From NCBI GenBank assembly GCA_015680685.1, contig MNCI01001543.1, forward strand, positions 62,001 to 126,000: a stretch of DNA of 64,000 nt, in the 5' to 3' direction. The stretch comes from Gnetum montanum (Eukaryota > Plantae > Gnetophyta). Positions 25,437 to 38,300 of this stretch are shown here, one piece after another (the first letter of the stretch is position 1; each line of letters begins with the position of its first letter). A program made the position numbers and the translations under genes. The notes under the pieces are model-generated. The model had not been told where the DNA came from. It searched no databases and saw only the letters and a list, made by a program, of their open reading frames with translations.

Positions 25437-27165
25437 TGAAACACCACTAATTTTGACCTAACACTTTGAAACAACTCAAGCCCTTTCAAAGTTTCAGGAG
25501 GCAAAAGTTGACAAAGACATGGAACTCATGCTATCAGGTTAGCTTGCCCTTAGTATGAGCAACTCCAACAGCTTTAGGATCAAGAGAAAAATGGTCCAAA
25601 TCTAAGGATGTAAGCCATCCTCAAGGGTCACTAATGACCACTCCAATATTTAGCATTTGGGAATTCAAATTTGGAGACAAATTGTTCACATTTTCACGCT
25701 CACGCTATCACTCACGCTGAGGTCAAGCTGGCAGCATGAACGCAGCGTGAGTAACTTTTAGAGCCCAAAACTGAGTTAAAATGATGTGATTTTCAAGGTG
25801 CAATTCATCCTCATGGTTCATTGTTAATAACTTCATATTTCAACTTCCAGAATTCCAGATTTCATGTCCAAAAATTGCAAGATTTTGCAGCTCACACTAT
25901 GGTCACGTTGCACTCACGTTGGCAGCATGAGTCTAGCGTGAGCTACCTAAGAGTGGTGTAAAACAAGTTACATCAAGCTTAATTTTTGACTTTCAGATCA
26001 TTCTCAAGGTCAATCACAGTTAGGTAATCATTACACTTCAACAATCAAGCTTCAAAAATCAAAATTTGGTGTGAAATATGTCATTTTTGGCTCACTCACA
26101 CTGAGGTCACGCTGGCAGCATGAGTGTAGCATGAGTGCAACGTGAATACTGATCACGCTCAATGGAAAGCACACCAAAATCTATCTAAGTACATGCCAAT
26201 ACAAGATCAACTCATGCTGGAAGCCTTGGTGAAATAGAAATGCCTCAGACAGTCACAAAACCACTCAGATCAACATCCTGCAGTAGTTAATTCAAAGATC
26301 AAGAAGTTTCAAGTGAGCCGGAGTCAATTTCTCTTGTTGTACATTATGATTTTTCATTGTAAATGTTCATCATTTGTGGCCGTACAAAGCTCTTACACTC
26401 CAAATTGTATCTACTTCCACAAGCATAAGCTAGCTTGGGCAAGCCAACACATGTTGTAAGATACAATGCACCTGGTCAAAAATGTAGCTTTCCTACACAT
26501 GTCCAACTCACACACAGTTGTCCATCAGACACATGTCCCATGATCTGTTTTCCTCTCATCTCTCAATCATTGATTGCATCTATGAATTCTACACCCAAGC
26601 CTGGCCAAACCCTATAAATAACCTGTTAATTCACATAAACAAGGTTGGAAATTTGGGAGATTAACGGCTTAGGAAGAACTAACCAGCAACATTGGACACT
26701 CAGACATAGTTGACTCTTAGCATCCAAGCATTTCTAAAACACATCACATTACCCCGATGCTTGGTGCTTGAACTACCATCCACACGTGTAGCTACTCTTT
26801 GATAGGTGCACATCTTTTCTAATAAATACAATACAATTCATTCTGCCAGCCATTAGTTTGTTTACTCTATTTTACATTCAGCTTACAGTTTGTTTGCAAT
26901 ACTATTCTGTATATGTTCTTTTTACATTTCATACATTACTGTTTACATTTTATAGATCACTAGTTATGATAGCCCCAGCACAAGCCATAGTTTACGCTAG
27001 GGGAAGTCCTTGGTTGATTTGCGTGCAAACCATCCAAGGAACTCTACCTTCGTTTCCTTTTCCAGATTACCCTTAAGCAAAGGCAAGGTCAGCTGTGTCT
27101 ACTTGATTATCTTTTCATGTTTTGTTTTCTCTTCCATCCTTACACCGATGATTTAGGTTAGTACA
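25437..27165 (+). repeat. 3' LTR of A
   Basis: TGAAACACC...TTAGTACA, matches 7820-9405. Confidence 0.93.
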
Positions 27166-27535
27166 ATGTCCATCGTACTTGTTCCACTGCTACATTGCAT
27201 GAGGAGTAGTTGTCTAGCTACACTGTGCATAACGCAGCTACCACCCTTATGTGAAGTGTAAATGTTATGCTACATCCTACGATGCATGTCCTCTATGTTG
27301 TGCTATGTAGTGCATAACTATTACTATGTGGGGTGCATCCACTATGTTACACTATGTGGGACTTAATTGCTACACTACGCTACATATGACATTTTGCTAG
27401 GCCATGTTTAACTTTGTTTCATTACGGACACATTGTTTCATGTCAAAAGAAAATCTATAAATGGAGGATCATGATATGAAACATTAGTAATCATTACTTC
27501 AACACAGTGATAATGTTTGGTGCTTTGTTATGCAG

Positions 27536-28346
27536 GGTCATGTTGAAGCCTGTTCTAATTGTCCTTGAACTTTTAGGAGTCTTGTGCTGCCTCAATGAAC
27601 CTGTGACCAACATTCCTTCTCCCTATGCATGTGTGGGGAAATAGGCAGTGTGGTTCTGGTAGGATGCATGGGACTTCCTACAGTTCCTCCTCCACCATTT
27701 TAGTATGATCGTATGGTCACACTTATTGGCCAAGACAACTGCTATACTTACAAAGACGTTGTTGCCTGGGGTAAACCAGGGCATTCTGAAGTTCTTGGCT
27801 AATGGGTTGTTCAGGGGCAAAGGGAAAGGAGGCTCCAACTAGCACCCAAGGGACTTGATGTTTTTAAGTTGGATATGGGATATGCTTAAGTACAAATGCT
27901 ATCATTTATACAACATGCTATACATTGCCCATGACATGGGCACTTACTTTCAGAACCCACCTAGAACCATTTACTATGCTAGCAGGTATGTCCTATGAAG
28001 GTATTTTAATGTTTTGTATGATTTTCGTTACACTAGAAAAAGATGCTAACTGTATTCTTGTATGTTACCAACTTTTACATTGACAAAGGTTGTCTTCACA
28101 GTAACATGGACGCATTGGCGGTGGCCCAGACAGCTCTGCAAGAGTTCTCCTCCACCAGGAACATGCATGTCGGTGTCATATAAAAACTTGGGTTTGAATT
28201 CAAAACCTATTCAACTAGGTATTCCATATTCTATGGGAAGTGTAAGAAAGTTGGCTAGTTGAATAGTGAATGGGCATTATACTGACTAATTACCATCGAA
28301 GATGTTCTGGTGGTACTTCCACCATTTCCTATGTCATTCAAACCTT
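27536..28346 (+). pseudogene. Antisense gene of B, exons 2-3 (NIF/FCP1-like HAD domain)
   Basis: TGCAG| at 27535 and AG|GTATGT at 27986 bound a 450-nt exon: VMLKPVLIVLELLGVLCC..VWFW*DAWDFLQFLLHHFSMIVWSH..YNMLYIAHDMGTYFQNPPRTIYY. Exon 3 limits (about 28071-28346) are less certain. Confidence 0.78.
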
Positions 28347-28385
28347 GTATGTTAGACCATGGATTTGTTCATATGTGTTCAAGTG

Positions 28386-30093
28386 TGAAACACCCTAAAA
28401 AATGTGGGGTTATTCTTGCTTCACTAGGACTTGCGACTCGTGCAGCACCATGACAATTCATTAGGAGGAGAACGTTTTGAGCTCAAGCTGACCAGTTCGG
28501 CAAATTTTCTACTTTGAGCATGGACAGGTTCTACGTCATCCTGCCTGTCCACCAAAGTAGCCTACCCAGCTGACAGCGTACTCAGAAATAGCACACGAAG
28601 TTGGCAGCAGCATTCTGGATGTGCAATAAATAGTTCAGCAAGTTTTCTAAGTCACGAAGTCTGCTACGCCTCATCTTGTAAAGTAGCAAGCTTTAGAAGA
28701 TGATAGTAGAACGAAGTGCTATGCTATGCTACGCCATGTAGCGTAGCATGGCAACAGCTTCACTGCCACCCCCTTTTTCCTAATTTCAATTTCTACAATG
28801 ATGTCACTTTCTGTTAGGAAGCAGTAGACCATGTCTACTACTACGCTACACTAAGCTACATGGTGTAGTGAGGTGTAGCAATCCTATGGAAGAAACAGAA
28901 AGCAACTTGAAGGGAAGAATTAGTGGAGTTCGCAAGACTTGCATCGCAGGAGACAAAAGTTTGCAAATTGGCAAAACTTTCATGGCTAAGGCTAGTTGCT
29001 ATGCTACGCTATGCTACATAGTGTAGCGTAGTGTAGTAAGCAAATAGACATATAGCAGAACGCACGACAAGGTGCTATGCTATACCAAGCATGCTATGCT
29101 ACAAAGCACAACAAGGCATGCGGGTGGTTGTGCGACATCAATGCACTTCACCTGATCGAACCATTGGCACACATCTCCAAACGTTGATGACGTAATTACA
29201 GCATGGAAGGCTAGCAGTTATTGCATGATAGGTTTGCATTACAATGGTCTTGAAAGTCCAATGTTCATACATAGCGCGAGTAGCTCCAGCAAGTCAATGA
29301 AGGCCCGAGGCACGTAGCATCCAAATCATCCCTTTTGCATACCCTTGGCCCTATAAATACCCCGAGGAACAGCATTCAAAGAAACGAAAGGTTGGAAATT
29401 TTCTAGAAAACAACATTCAAAAGAGGTTCGATCTAGTTCAATTCACACTTTTTGCTAAGTCTCCTATTCTCCTTCCATTGGCATTAAAGTTCTCCTCTTG
29501 GCACGTTGTAACATCAAGCATTATAAGCTTTCTGTTTAACACTACAAATAGTTAGCATTTTTAGCTAACATTTTGTTCTTTCCCCTTACTACCACCTTGG
29601 TAGAATCCCCACACTGTCAACACCTAAGTTCGTGCCAAAGCACACCACCTACTTTCCTCGACATGTCCTAGTTACTCTCAGGATCCCTACACTCCGTCAT
29701 GCTATGGAACCGATTGTATCCGCCCTGACAGAGCAAACTTGTAGCTTCGGAGCAATGCATGTTTCTAACTACACTTTACTTTATTTCTTTCTTGTTGTCT
29801 CATTTGCATTATTTTTTTTATTCACTTTCAACCATTACTTCACATTGTTGTCGCATTTTTCTACTTTTATTTACTTTCAAGCATTATTTTGCATTTCCAT
29901 TTTGTCTCGAAAGTACATGTTGTAAAAGGCTATATACACACCGATGTAAGTCCCTATCTGATCGACTAGACCATTCAAGGCACCCCGTATCTACACACAC
30001 CCAGGACAGCCCTCCCACGGGTACAGGGTCGAAACTATCATGCCCACCGACCACCCCGACAATTTCCAGCTACCGACATTTTCGGTCATTACA
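28386..30093 (+). repeat. 5' LTR of C
   Basis: TGAAACACC...GTCATTACA; TATAAATA at 29352-29359; repeat of 45207-46918. Confidence 0.95.
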
Positions 30094-30099
30094 GTTTTC

Positions 30100-30116
30100 T
30101 AGTGCTAGAAGGAGGG
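30100..30116 (+). promoter_or_regulatory. PBS of C (tRNA-Asn type)
   Basis: TAGTGCTAGAAGGAGGG, 6 nt after the LTR, 15/17 to TGGCGCTAGAAGGAGGG. Confidence 0.85.
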
Positions 30117-30149
30117 CCTTTTGGTGTATTTTTCACGTGTCATGGTAGT

Positions 30150-30850
30150 TTTGTAAGCCTTCTATACCCTTATACACATAAGCATAAATGCGACACCCTC
30201 TTGTGGTTGTTTGCACTTTGTGCAGTGCAGATCGGTTTCCTCGATGGTTCCTCAGGAGCTCTACAGAACACAAGGCCTCTGATCGCCGGCTAACTAGCTC
30301 GTTTTACGGTCGTATTGCATGAATTCTATACCTCATCTCATGTGGTATAGAATGGTCACATCAATGGTCCCTCGAGGATCCTACAAGATGCAAAGCCTTC
30401 TTAACCACTAGTTAGCTCGCCCATCTTATGGTTGTCTTGCATGCATTCTGGACCCCATCTCGTGTGGTACAGACCGATCACTTCGGCGGTCCCTCGAGGA
30501 TCATACAAGATACAAAGCCTTCTTGTTAGCTCTCTTATCTTACAATAGTCTCGTAAGCCTTCTACACCCCAATACGCATTAGCATAAACTTGACACCCAT
30601 CTGTGGTTTTTAACGCGTCATGCGGTGTAGATCGGTCACCTTGACAGTTCCTTGGGAACCCTATGAGACATAAAGCCTCTGACAGCCAGTTAAATCGCCT
30701 TCCCTTTTTTACAGTAGTCTTTCACATGCTCTACACCTTATCTCACATAGACGTAAACATGATACCCTGTTGTGGTTGTTTACGCCTTGTGTGGTGTAGG
30801 TCGATCACCCCGATGGTTCCTCCGGAATCCGGCAAGACGTAAAGCTTCTT
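30150..30850 (+). repeat. Five imperfect 120-170 bp tandem units in the 5' UTR of C
   Basis: GGT(T/C)CCTCG.GGA.CC..CAAGA..CAAAGCCT-like block near 30246, 30366, 30488, 30647 and 30815. Confidence 0.8.
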
Positions 30851-30936
30851 TTTACTGCTTTTTCTAACTTTCTTTTTTGATCGCACTCTTTGTCATAGCT
30901 TTTTCACTTTTCTATTGCATAACTACCTACTTAACA

Positions 30937-33900
30937 ATGGATTTTTCAACCACCACTACTAATGCCTTCAACATGGAAATTCCCTTCAACATTGAAGTTC
31001 CCATTGCAGTTCAAGGCACTACTGGTGCTGAACAACTGCCAAATCCGACGGTGGAAGCACGTCGATCTCTCAGAATCCAAAATAGGGAACCTAAGGGATT
31101 AGCCTAGCAACACAAGTGTTATAGTTTCCTTTATTCAAACGTGCAGGTTAATCTTCCCTTGGATTTACATGAACTCGAAGAAAAACGTAGCTTCGAGTTC
31201 ACTTATTGCAACTAGAAGGAATTCGTTCCTACCTCTGGCGTTCCTTTGCTTTTAACGCAAGCATATCAAAGGTTTTTGGACCAATTAATCTAGTTAGCTA
31301 GGCTTAGGGAGAAATAGTACACTGCATCCAACTAGGACAATGCCTTTCAAGATGGATAGGAGGAGCTCGATGCCCAATCTGACTAGGGAGGTCAAGCCAA
31401 CCCCATTCCTATCCCACCTACCCAGTCCTTATGGGACAACCCACTATCTATCATTGCTCCCTCTACCATCACGCCTATGCTTCAGTAGCCTGCAACTGCA
31501 ACTGCAATGGGTATCCATGCTACATTCCTGGTGTATCATTGCCCTTATTCCCCTATTGCATTCGCAGCAACTGTGCCCCCACAAACTGTTTATCAGCACA
31601 TTCTTACAGTGCGTAACATGCCTATTACGGCTACCCTACCACATGTTCACACTGTACCTACTATGCAACCACACATAGCTTCCATGTCAATTCCTACCCT
31701 ATCATCTATTCCACCCATGATGGTGGGCCCTGGCCCGTACATGTGGTGGACCTTGTTCGCTTCTTCGTCTGTTCTACAACTGTCATAGATGTCTCACTAC
31801 TTTCGTCCTCAGACCTACCCAACCCCACAAATGGTACATCCTAGCACGGGGCCATGATCTATCCCGTTGGTAACCCAAACAGTCTATCCGAAGACTCAAC
31901 CCCCTATTACTGCTCCGACAGTACCACCCACCAGGTGGTGGATAATGCAAGCAGCACCTTTAGCGAGGGTGGCCCCAATGACACCGTCGGTGGGTCAACC
32001 TACCACTGCCACCATGCCACATGTGGGAGCTACCTCTGCAATCTCTCAACCATCTACAATGTCTCCAGGTCTAGACCAAGTGTTTCAACTCATCCAGACC
32101 CTCACTGAGGAAATAAAATGCCTCAAAGTTGTTGGGTCTGACACGATACAAGTCATGGACTTTTATCAGGATGACCTCATCAGCCCTGCAATCCCTGCTT
32201 TAACATTACCCCCGGGGATGTCTCTTCCACACTTCATGAAGTATGATGGGGAGGGAGATCCCAATGAGCATCTTGTCACTTTCAGGTCTGAGTCTTTGCT
32301 ATTGCAACAATGGCTGGATATGATCATTCATGTTTTCGCCATGTCCCTAGCTGGGAAAGCCCTAGATTGGTACCACGTGTTGGCACGCTCATCCATTTCA
32401 AATTTGGAAGAGCTCCTAGCCTAGTTTATGACACGCTTCAAGTACAACTTGAAGCCAGAAACCACACTGGATCAGTTGATGAGCATGAATCAAGACGCGC
32501 TAGAACCAGTCCAAAAATTCATTCAACAATGGAGTGCAACCCTTAACGAAATCTGTGATCCCATTGCGGAGGCCCTCTTACTAGCCATCTTTAAGGGTGC
32601 ATTAAACAACTTCATCAAGTTCAAACTGTACTATCTCACTCCTCTCTCTCTTAGTCAATCTTTCGCTTAGACTAAAAGCATACAACACACGGCCGAAGCA
32701 AGTAAAGACCCAGCCTACATCACTTACAAGAGCACCTTTGCAAAGAAAGACAAGGGTAAGGCCCCAACAACCACAGTGGCCACTATGGCAACCGAGGCCA
32801 AGCCCAAACCTAGCGGCAGTGATGGCAAGAATAACAAGAAGCCGGCCATGCCTGCGGCTAACTCTGTGCCCAAACTGGGCCAAGCACCGCAACCTGCTCC
32901 ACCTACGCCCGAGACATCTGCATATACGAAACCCAATTTTGAGAACAAAGATCACTCAAAATACACCCCACTACCTCTCAAACCTTTAGAACTCCCGAAG
33001 CAACTGTTGGTAGCAGGATACATCCAACACAAGAAGATGTTGAAAGAAGGAAATGCAAGACATCAACGCTACTGCGAGCTCCTTAGGAATCCCTCTTTGG
33101 CCCTACCTAATGAGCCTCTAGTTCCTAGGGGTTTTAGGCTAGATAGGTTTTGTGACTACCACCAACTATGTGGTCATAACATGGATTATTGTCTATCATT
33201 GCAAGATGACATCCAAAGATTAATTGATCTAGGGAAGCTGGTGCTGGATGAAAGCAACCTAGTAAACCCTGAAAATCAATCTATGTATGTCTACACAGAT
33301 TTCTCAATTCCAATAATTCCAGTTATGTAATCAACACCATCGGCATTGAAAATGATCCCAGGCCCCCCTGCCAGCCATTTGTGACCCGTGTACCTTAGCG
33401 TAGTGCACCAGCACCACCGATGGTTGGTCTGAGCTCGTAGCTGCCCTTCATCCTGAAAGTCCCACCACAGGCATCCACCTTTGCACCGCCTATTATCAAG
33501 GCTACACGGTCCCGTCAGATAATACATCTAGCTCCATTCATCATCAGGGGGCCAACGTCTTCGACAACCCCTATCCCGCGCAACAGAATCAAACAACCTC
33601 CTCACGCCACAAGGCGAGAAGCCCACTGGTTGAACAAGACGTTGAAGGGAAGTACCATCAAGGGTATCCCCAAGCCTACACCTTCTTCCCTCACAACTGC
33701 ACTTTTGTCATGAAATATAAAGGTCAACACAATTACGTAGCCTGCATTACCTTGCTGACAAGGATCTGAACCCAGGTCTGAAGTTACCCCTCCTTGGGAG
33801 ATCCGCCTTCTGGGACTAATCGAAGAGGAGGAAAGGGTTGAACAAGCGGGTGGCCAAGATCTTCTAGGCGGCCTCACCTAGGTCAAGTAAGCTCTAAAGT

Positions 33901-34775
33901 AGAAAAATGCTACATTGAGCTTGTACAACCTAATTATGACATCTATACCTCATTAAGAGGCTCTAGTCTGCATGTTAACAGCGATTCCAGTCGATAATAA
34001 CATGCCAGCAGAAGAGGAAGCGATCCACTTGGTAATGCTTCCCTCTGTACCTGCAGAGCCTGCACCACCCCAATTAACTTTTAGTGATGATGCCATTAGG
34101 GAAGATCCCGAAAGAGGTCAAGTGACTATGGCACCTCTCTTCATCACAATTCGGGTCCGCCAACACCAAATATGAAGGGTACACATTGATGATGGGGCTG
34201 CCACAAACATCATTTCCTTCCCTATTGTGGATAGGTTGGGATTGGTCAACTAGATCAAACCAACGATGAAATCATGTCTGAGGTCCTTCAACGGGGCACA
34301 TGTCTTGGTGAAGGGCATAGTTCATGTAAACTTTGTAGCAGGGGACCAGTTCCCAACAGACGCAACGTTCATCATAGTCAAAGAAATGCCCAAGTTTAAC
34401 CTGATCTTGGGAAGATCATGGTTAGTGCAACTTAGGGCTATCTCCTCACCTATACACCAGGAAATCCACTTACCATATGTGGGTAGGGAGGTGGTAATCC
34501 ATGGTGATGAAGTGGCAATGCAAGCAATTAGCAACATAAACATTGAATAGGGCTCAGAGGTTACAACCTCTAAGAATGAGGTGCCTTTTCATGCATGCAT
34601 TAATCATTCGATGGAAGGATTGGCTCAGCAAGTTGACTCCCAAATAAAAAAAAATGGGTCGAGTTGCCCTTCCAAGCGGAGGATAACGATGTGAATAAGT
34701 GCCTTGGAAAAATGCCCTGACCTTATGTTCCGATCAACCCACAACGGGTCAAGAAGTAGCTACGCATAGCGTAGA
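30937..34775 (+). pseudogene. gag: gag-protease of C
   Basis: KYDGEGDPNEHL..LAGKALDWY, FCDYHQLCGHNMDYC knuckle, HIDDGAATNII (about 34182) and FNLILGRSWL. Confidence 0.92.
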
Positions 34776-34859
34776 AACCCTACTACTTCCTGCCAAGTTG
34801 CCATCCCTTGTACATTCATCGTTTCCTTTCCTTGTTAGTATGCCATCCTTTCGACATGC

Positions 34860-35122
34860 TACATAATGGCCCGAAATGGCCTAAAACTAGCATCGTTACT
34901 TTCTGCTTTATTAATATGCCATTTTTCTGGCATGCTACGCTAATGGCCCGAAATGGCCTAAAACTAGCATCATTTCTTTGTTATTTTGTTAATGGACTAT
35001 CTCTTTTGGCAATGGCCCAAAATGGCCTAAAACTAGCACTGTTTCCTTTTACTTTGACATGTTGCGCAATGGCCCGAAATGGCCCAAAATTAGCAATGGC
35101 TCGAGATGGCCTAAAACTAACA
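34860..35122 (+). repeat. AATGGCCCGAAATGGCCTAAAACTAGCA repeats (5 copies) after the PR stop of C
   Basis: Copies near 34865, 34942, 35011, 35068 and 35094. Confidence 0.85.
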
Positions 35123-35339
35123 TACGAGAGCATGAAAAGTTTACATGGTACACAAGTTAACATAAAATCGATTTCTTTTCTAAAATTTTCATTTCATTCA
35201 AAATTTTCACCTATTGGCAATGTTTGCAAAATTTTCAAAAAAAAAGGGAAATCCCATGTTATCATGGGTTGTCTCTGGTTGCATCGCCTTCGCTACTTGC
35301 CTCCACTTCATCTACTTATGCATCATCCACCCCTGCATT

Positions 35340-38300
35340 TTCATCTACCGGTTCTTCATTCCCTCCCTCTATGGGTCTCGCACCCTCATCTGGATCCTGC
35401 GTCGCAAGAATGAAGTAGTCAGCTAGGGCAACAACCGCAACAAACACAAGCTATAACATAGCATGAGCATCTACCCATTAAAGTAACTAACCTAAGAGGA
35501 GCCTGTGTCGGTCTCAAGGGGTATCCATTCTAGAAAAAGCCTAAGGCGACACCAAATCTCCTCTATCGTAATATCCATCCAACGCCTGTTACTAGTTTCA
35601 ACATTCGCAGTAGCAGCTTTCTCCCTTTACATGGTCATCCATTTTAGAGATTCTGGGGAAAGGGAGGTGGTTTCGGTCTCTCCTTTAGGAAGGTCCACCT
35701 TCAAGTCAAGAGATTCTGTGACCTTCACCTACTCTTTGAACTTAGCGTAGGCCTCAAAATCACCGATGGAATTCACGAATGCTTCATACGTGAATGCCTC
35801 CACAGCAACGTATTTGTAAAGTCTTCGATGGGTATCGTTCTCTAGCTTGTATGCATGTTTTTGGTTTCTCTGGGTTCACCCCCATTCGAAGACTTTGGCA
35901 CTGGTATCTTTCATATCCTGACACTTTTGGGCTAGCAAGTCCATCTGCATTTGCTCTTCAACTATCTCGCAGGTGGATTCAATGTTCTGGTGAACGACAG
36001 TCCAAAACCTGGTGTAGTCATCTACGGACCTCTTCTAATCGACAGGATCAGGGTTATAATTTATGAGGAATTCAATCCTTGACCTGAGATTCTCCACCTT
36101 GGCAGCTAGCTCAGCCTCTCTTTCCTCAGCCCTTTGGACCCATTTTCACAGGTCCTCGTTAGCGCACCTACATTCCCATAGAGAGCATTCCAAGTGCAAG
36201 ATGCACTTGTAAGCCTCGTTGAACACGTGAAGAGGCACATGAGTCACGTCAAGTGAGAGTGTAGGCATGGTACCAATTCTCATGGGTCGAGTCAGGTACC
36301 ATTTGAGCCAAGAGGTAGTGTCAACATGAGGAACGAAGCAATCAGGTTAGCATAGCAAAATCANCCATGGCATCAGCAGTAGCATCTGTTACATGATTAA
36401 GCATGTCAGTAATGGTCAAAATGGACTATGATAAGGCAAAAGTCCTACCAACTCACCAGTGCCCGACTATGGTCTTTCTTCTTACTGATGCAAGATGATC
36501 ATGGTAGCCTCAGTGGAGGGCCCTACCAAATCCATACAGGCTCCTTCCTCATGCGCTGGTGCCTTTCCTTTGAGGAGACCATCATCTTTTTTATTCAATG
36601 GAGGTGCCTCTTTGTCGGTAGGAGGAGGCTCCCTAATGACAAAATCCACTGTCCTAGAGACGAGAGCTCCCTTATTCCTAATCGAGGCCCTTTCGTCTAA
36701 TACTGGGGCCTCCGCGTCTTTATTCATCACCCCCATCCTTAGGGCTGACACTTCCTCATCACCTTCTTCTTCATCTTCTTCTTCCTCTACTAAGCAAAAA
36801 GGGCATGTTTGTGTTGATTCAAAATGATCTGATTCAAAACAGATGCTACGCTACACTGCACTGCCTAGCATAGAATACTGTGGAAAACTATAGCAAAGTA
36901 AGCATTATACAAAAATGCTTACCAATAGGGGGTTGTGTCCTCTGCAGCTTGAGCCGCAGTCATCATCCCTCCTCTTCATGAAGGGTTTCCCTAGCTGGGG
37001 GAGGTCTCTTCCTTTGCAACTCCTTGGGCACAGTCTCAGCCATGAGATGTTCACCCTGTGTCACACTACCAGTTATGACAGGGGGCATCTCTCCTATGCT
37101 ATCCTGGCCACGAATGCTATGAACTGCCAGATCTTTAGTCATTACAAACAACGACTCCCTGACCATTTCCAGAGGATCCTGGGCTTGCATGATCTAGACG
37201 ACCTATCGAATCCATGGCTTAGGAATCTGATCGCAATCTCACATGGACAAGACGTCATCCTCCTGGACCCCCAGGAACTCCACAAAGCACTTCAGACAAC
37301 CTATGTAGAAGGCATAGTGTATGTTAGAGTGGGACTCCTTTTGCTCATGGAGCCCCAAAATCTCAACCTGCAAGCCACTACATAGGAAATAGGCCCCTTC
37401 TTCCATAACTTCTCACATTACCCAGGCCTACTCAAGCCCCAGGACCTTCCCTTGGGTGAGCAATTGAGGGAATGCGTGGGCACGAATGACCAGGTAAATC
37501 CCCATGGTAGGGCCATCCTTAAGCTTTTCCATGGGGAACCATTTTTGCTCCTTGGTGAGCCTCAACCACTCCTCGATATGCGACTTCTGAAGAGTAAATT
37601 CCTGCTTACCCTTCAACACTACAGGGATGCCATCGACAGGAACATCGAACAGATCCGCAAAGAGCTAGTCATTGATTTCAATGACCACCCGCATGCCCCG
37701 TACGTACGTGCGAAAATGGCTCTCCTTCCTAGAGAAGGAGTTGACCAGGGAGAGCATCTCAATAGTAGAGACGCCCAGGTTTGGAGCCATAAACAAATCC
37801 ATAAGCCCCACCCTTTGAAATTTCTTGAGCAAGGAGTCCAGGGCCCCTCATTCTAACTAGCTCTGGCTCGTCGCTACTTCACCGTATTTGAAGTAGATGT
37901 TTTCCCCCTACCTCTCGACGGTTACCACCATCACCTCACGAGGCTTCTTCACCCCTGTAACAATTTTTAGAAAATGCACTTAGCATAACACTACAGAGAA
38001 TGCAAAGAGTACAAAAACACTTGAGCATGCGGCGCCTACCTTTTGACCCACCGGGTCTATATGGTAATGGGAATAGCGGGAGTTCAACCATCAGAGCTGC
38101 TTCAACCATGACCTATTTGAAGGGCTCTTTCCACTTCTTATCCAACCAACCCTTCTCCCTACACATATTGTAGAGAGTGTAAAGCGTGCATAGATAGGTA
38201 CGGTATTCTCCCCCACACTGACCAATCACACCCACCCGCAGATTCTTGGCAGAAGCAAACTCCCGTAAGGCTAGCTGCACTATAGCTAATAGACCTAGTT

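Larger units (their letters stand above)
7820..27165 (+). mobile_element. Element A: complete but degenerate Tat-lineage LTR retrotransposon (about 19.3 kb) inserted in intron 1 of the antisense gene of B
   Basis: LTR pair 7820-9405 and 25437-27165 (TG...CA), PBS, PPT, gag-PR, antisense gene, RT-RH-aRH-INT. Confidence 0.93.

Noticed and set aside
34808-35413. 201-aa ORF, and 50016-50365, as genes
   Set aside because: They are read-through of the 27-bp repeats (ARNGLKLA repeats) and AT-rich spacer.
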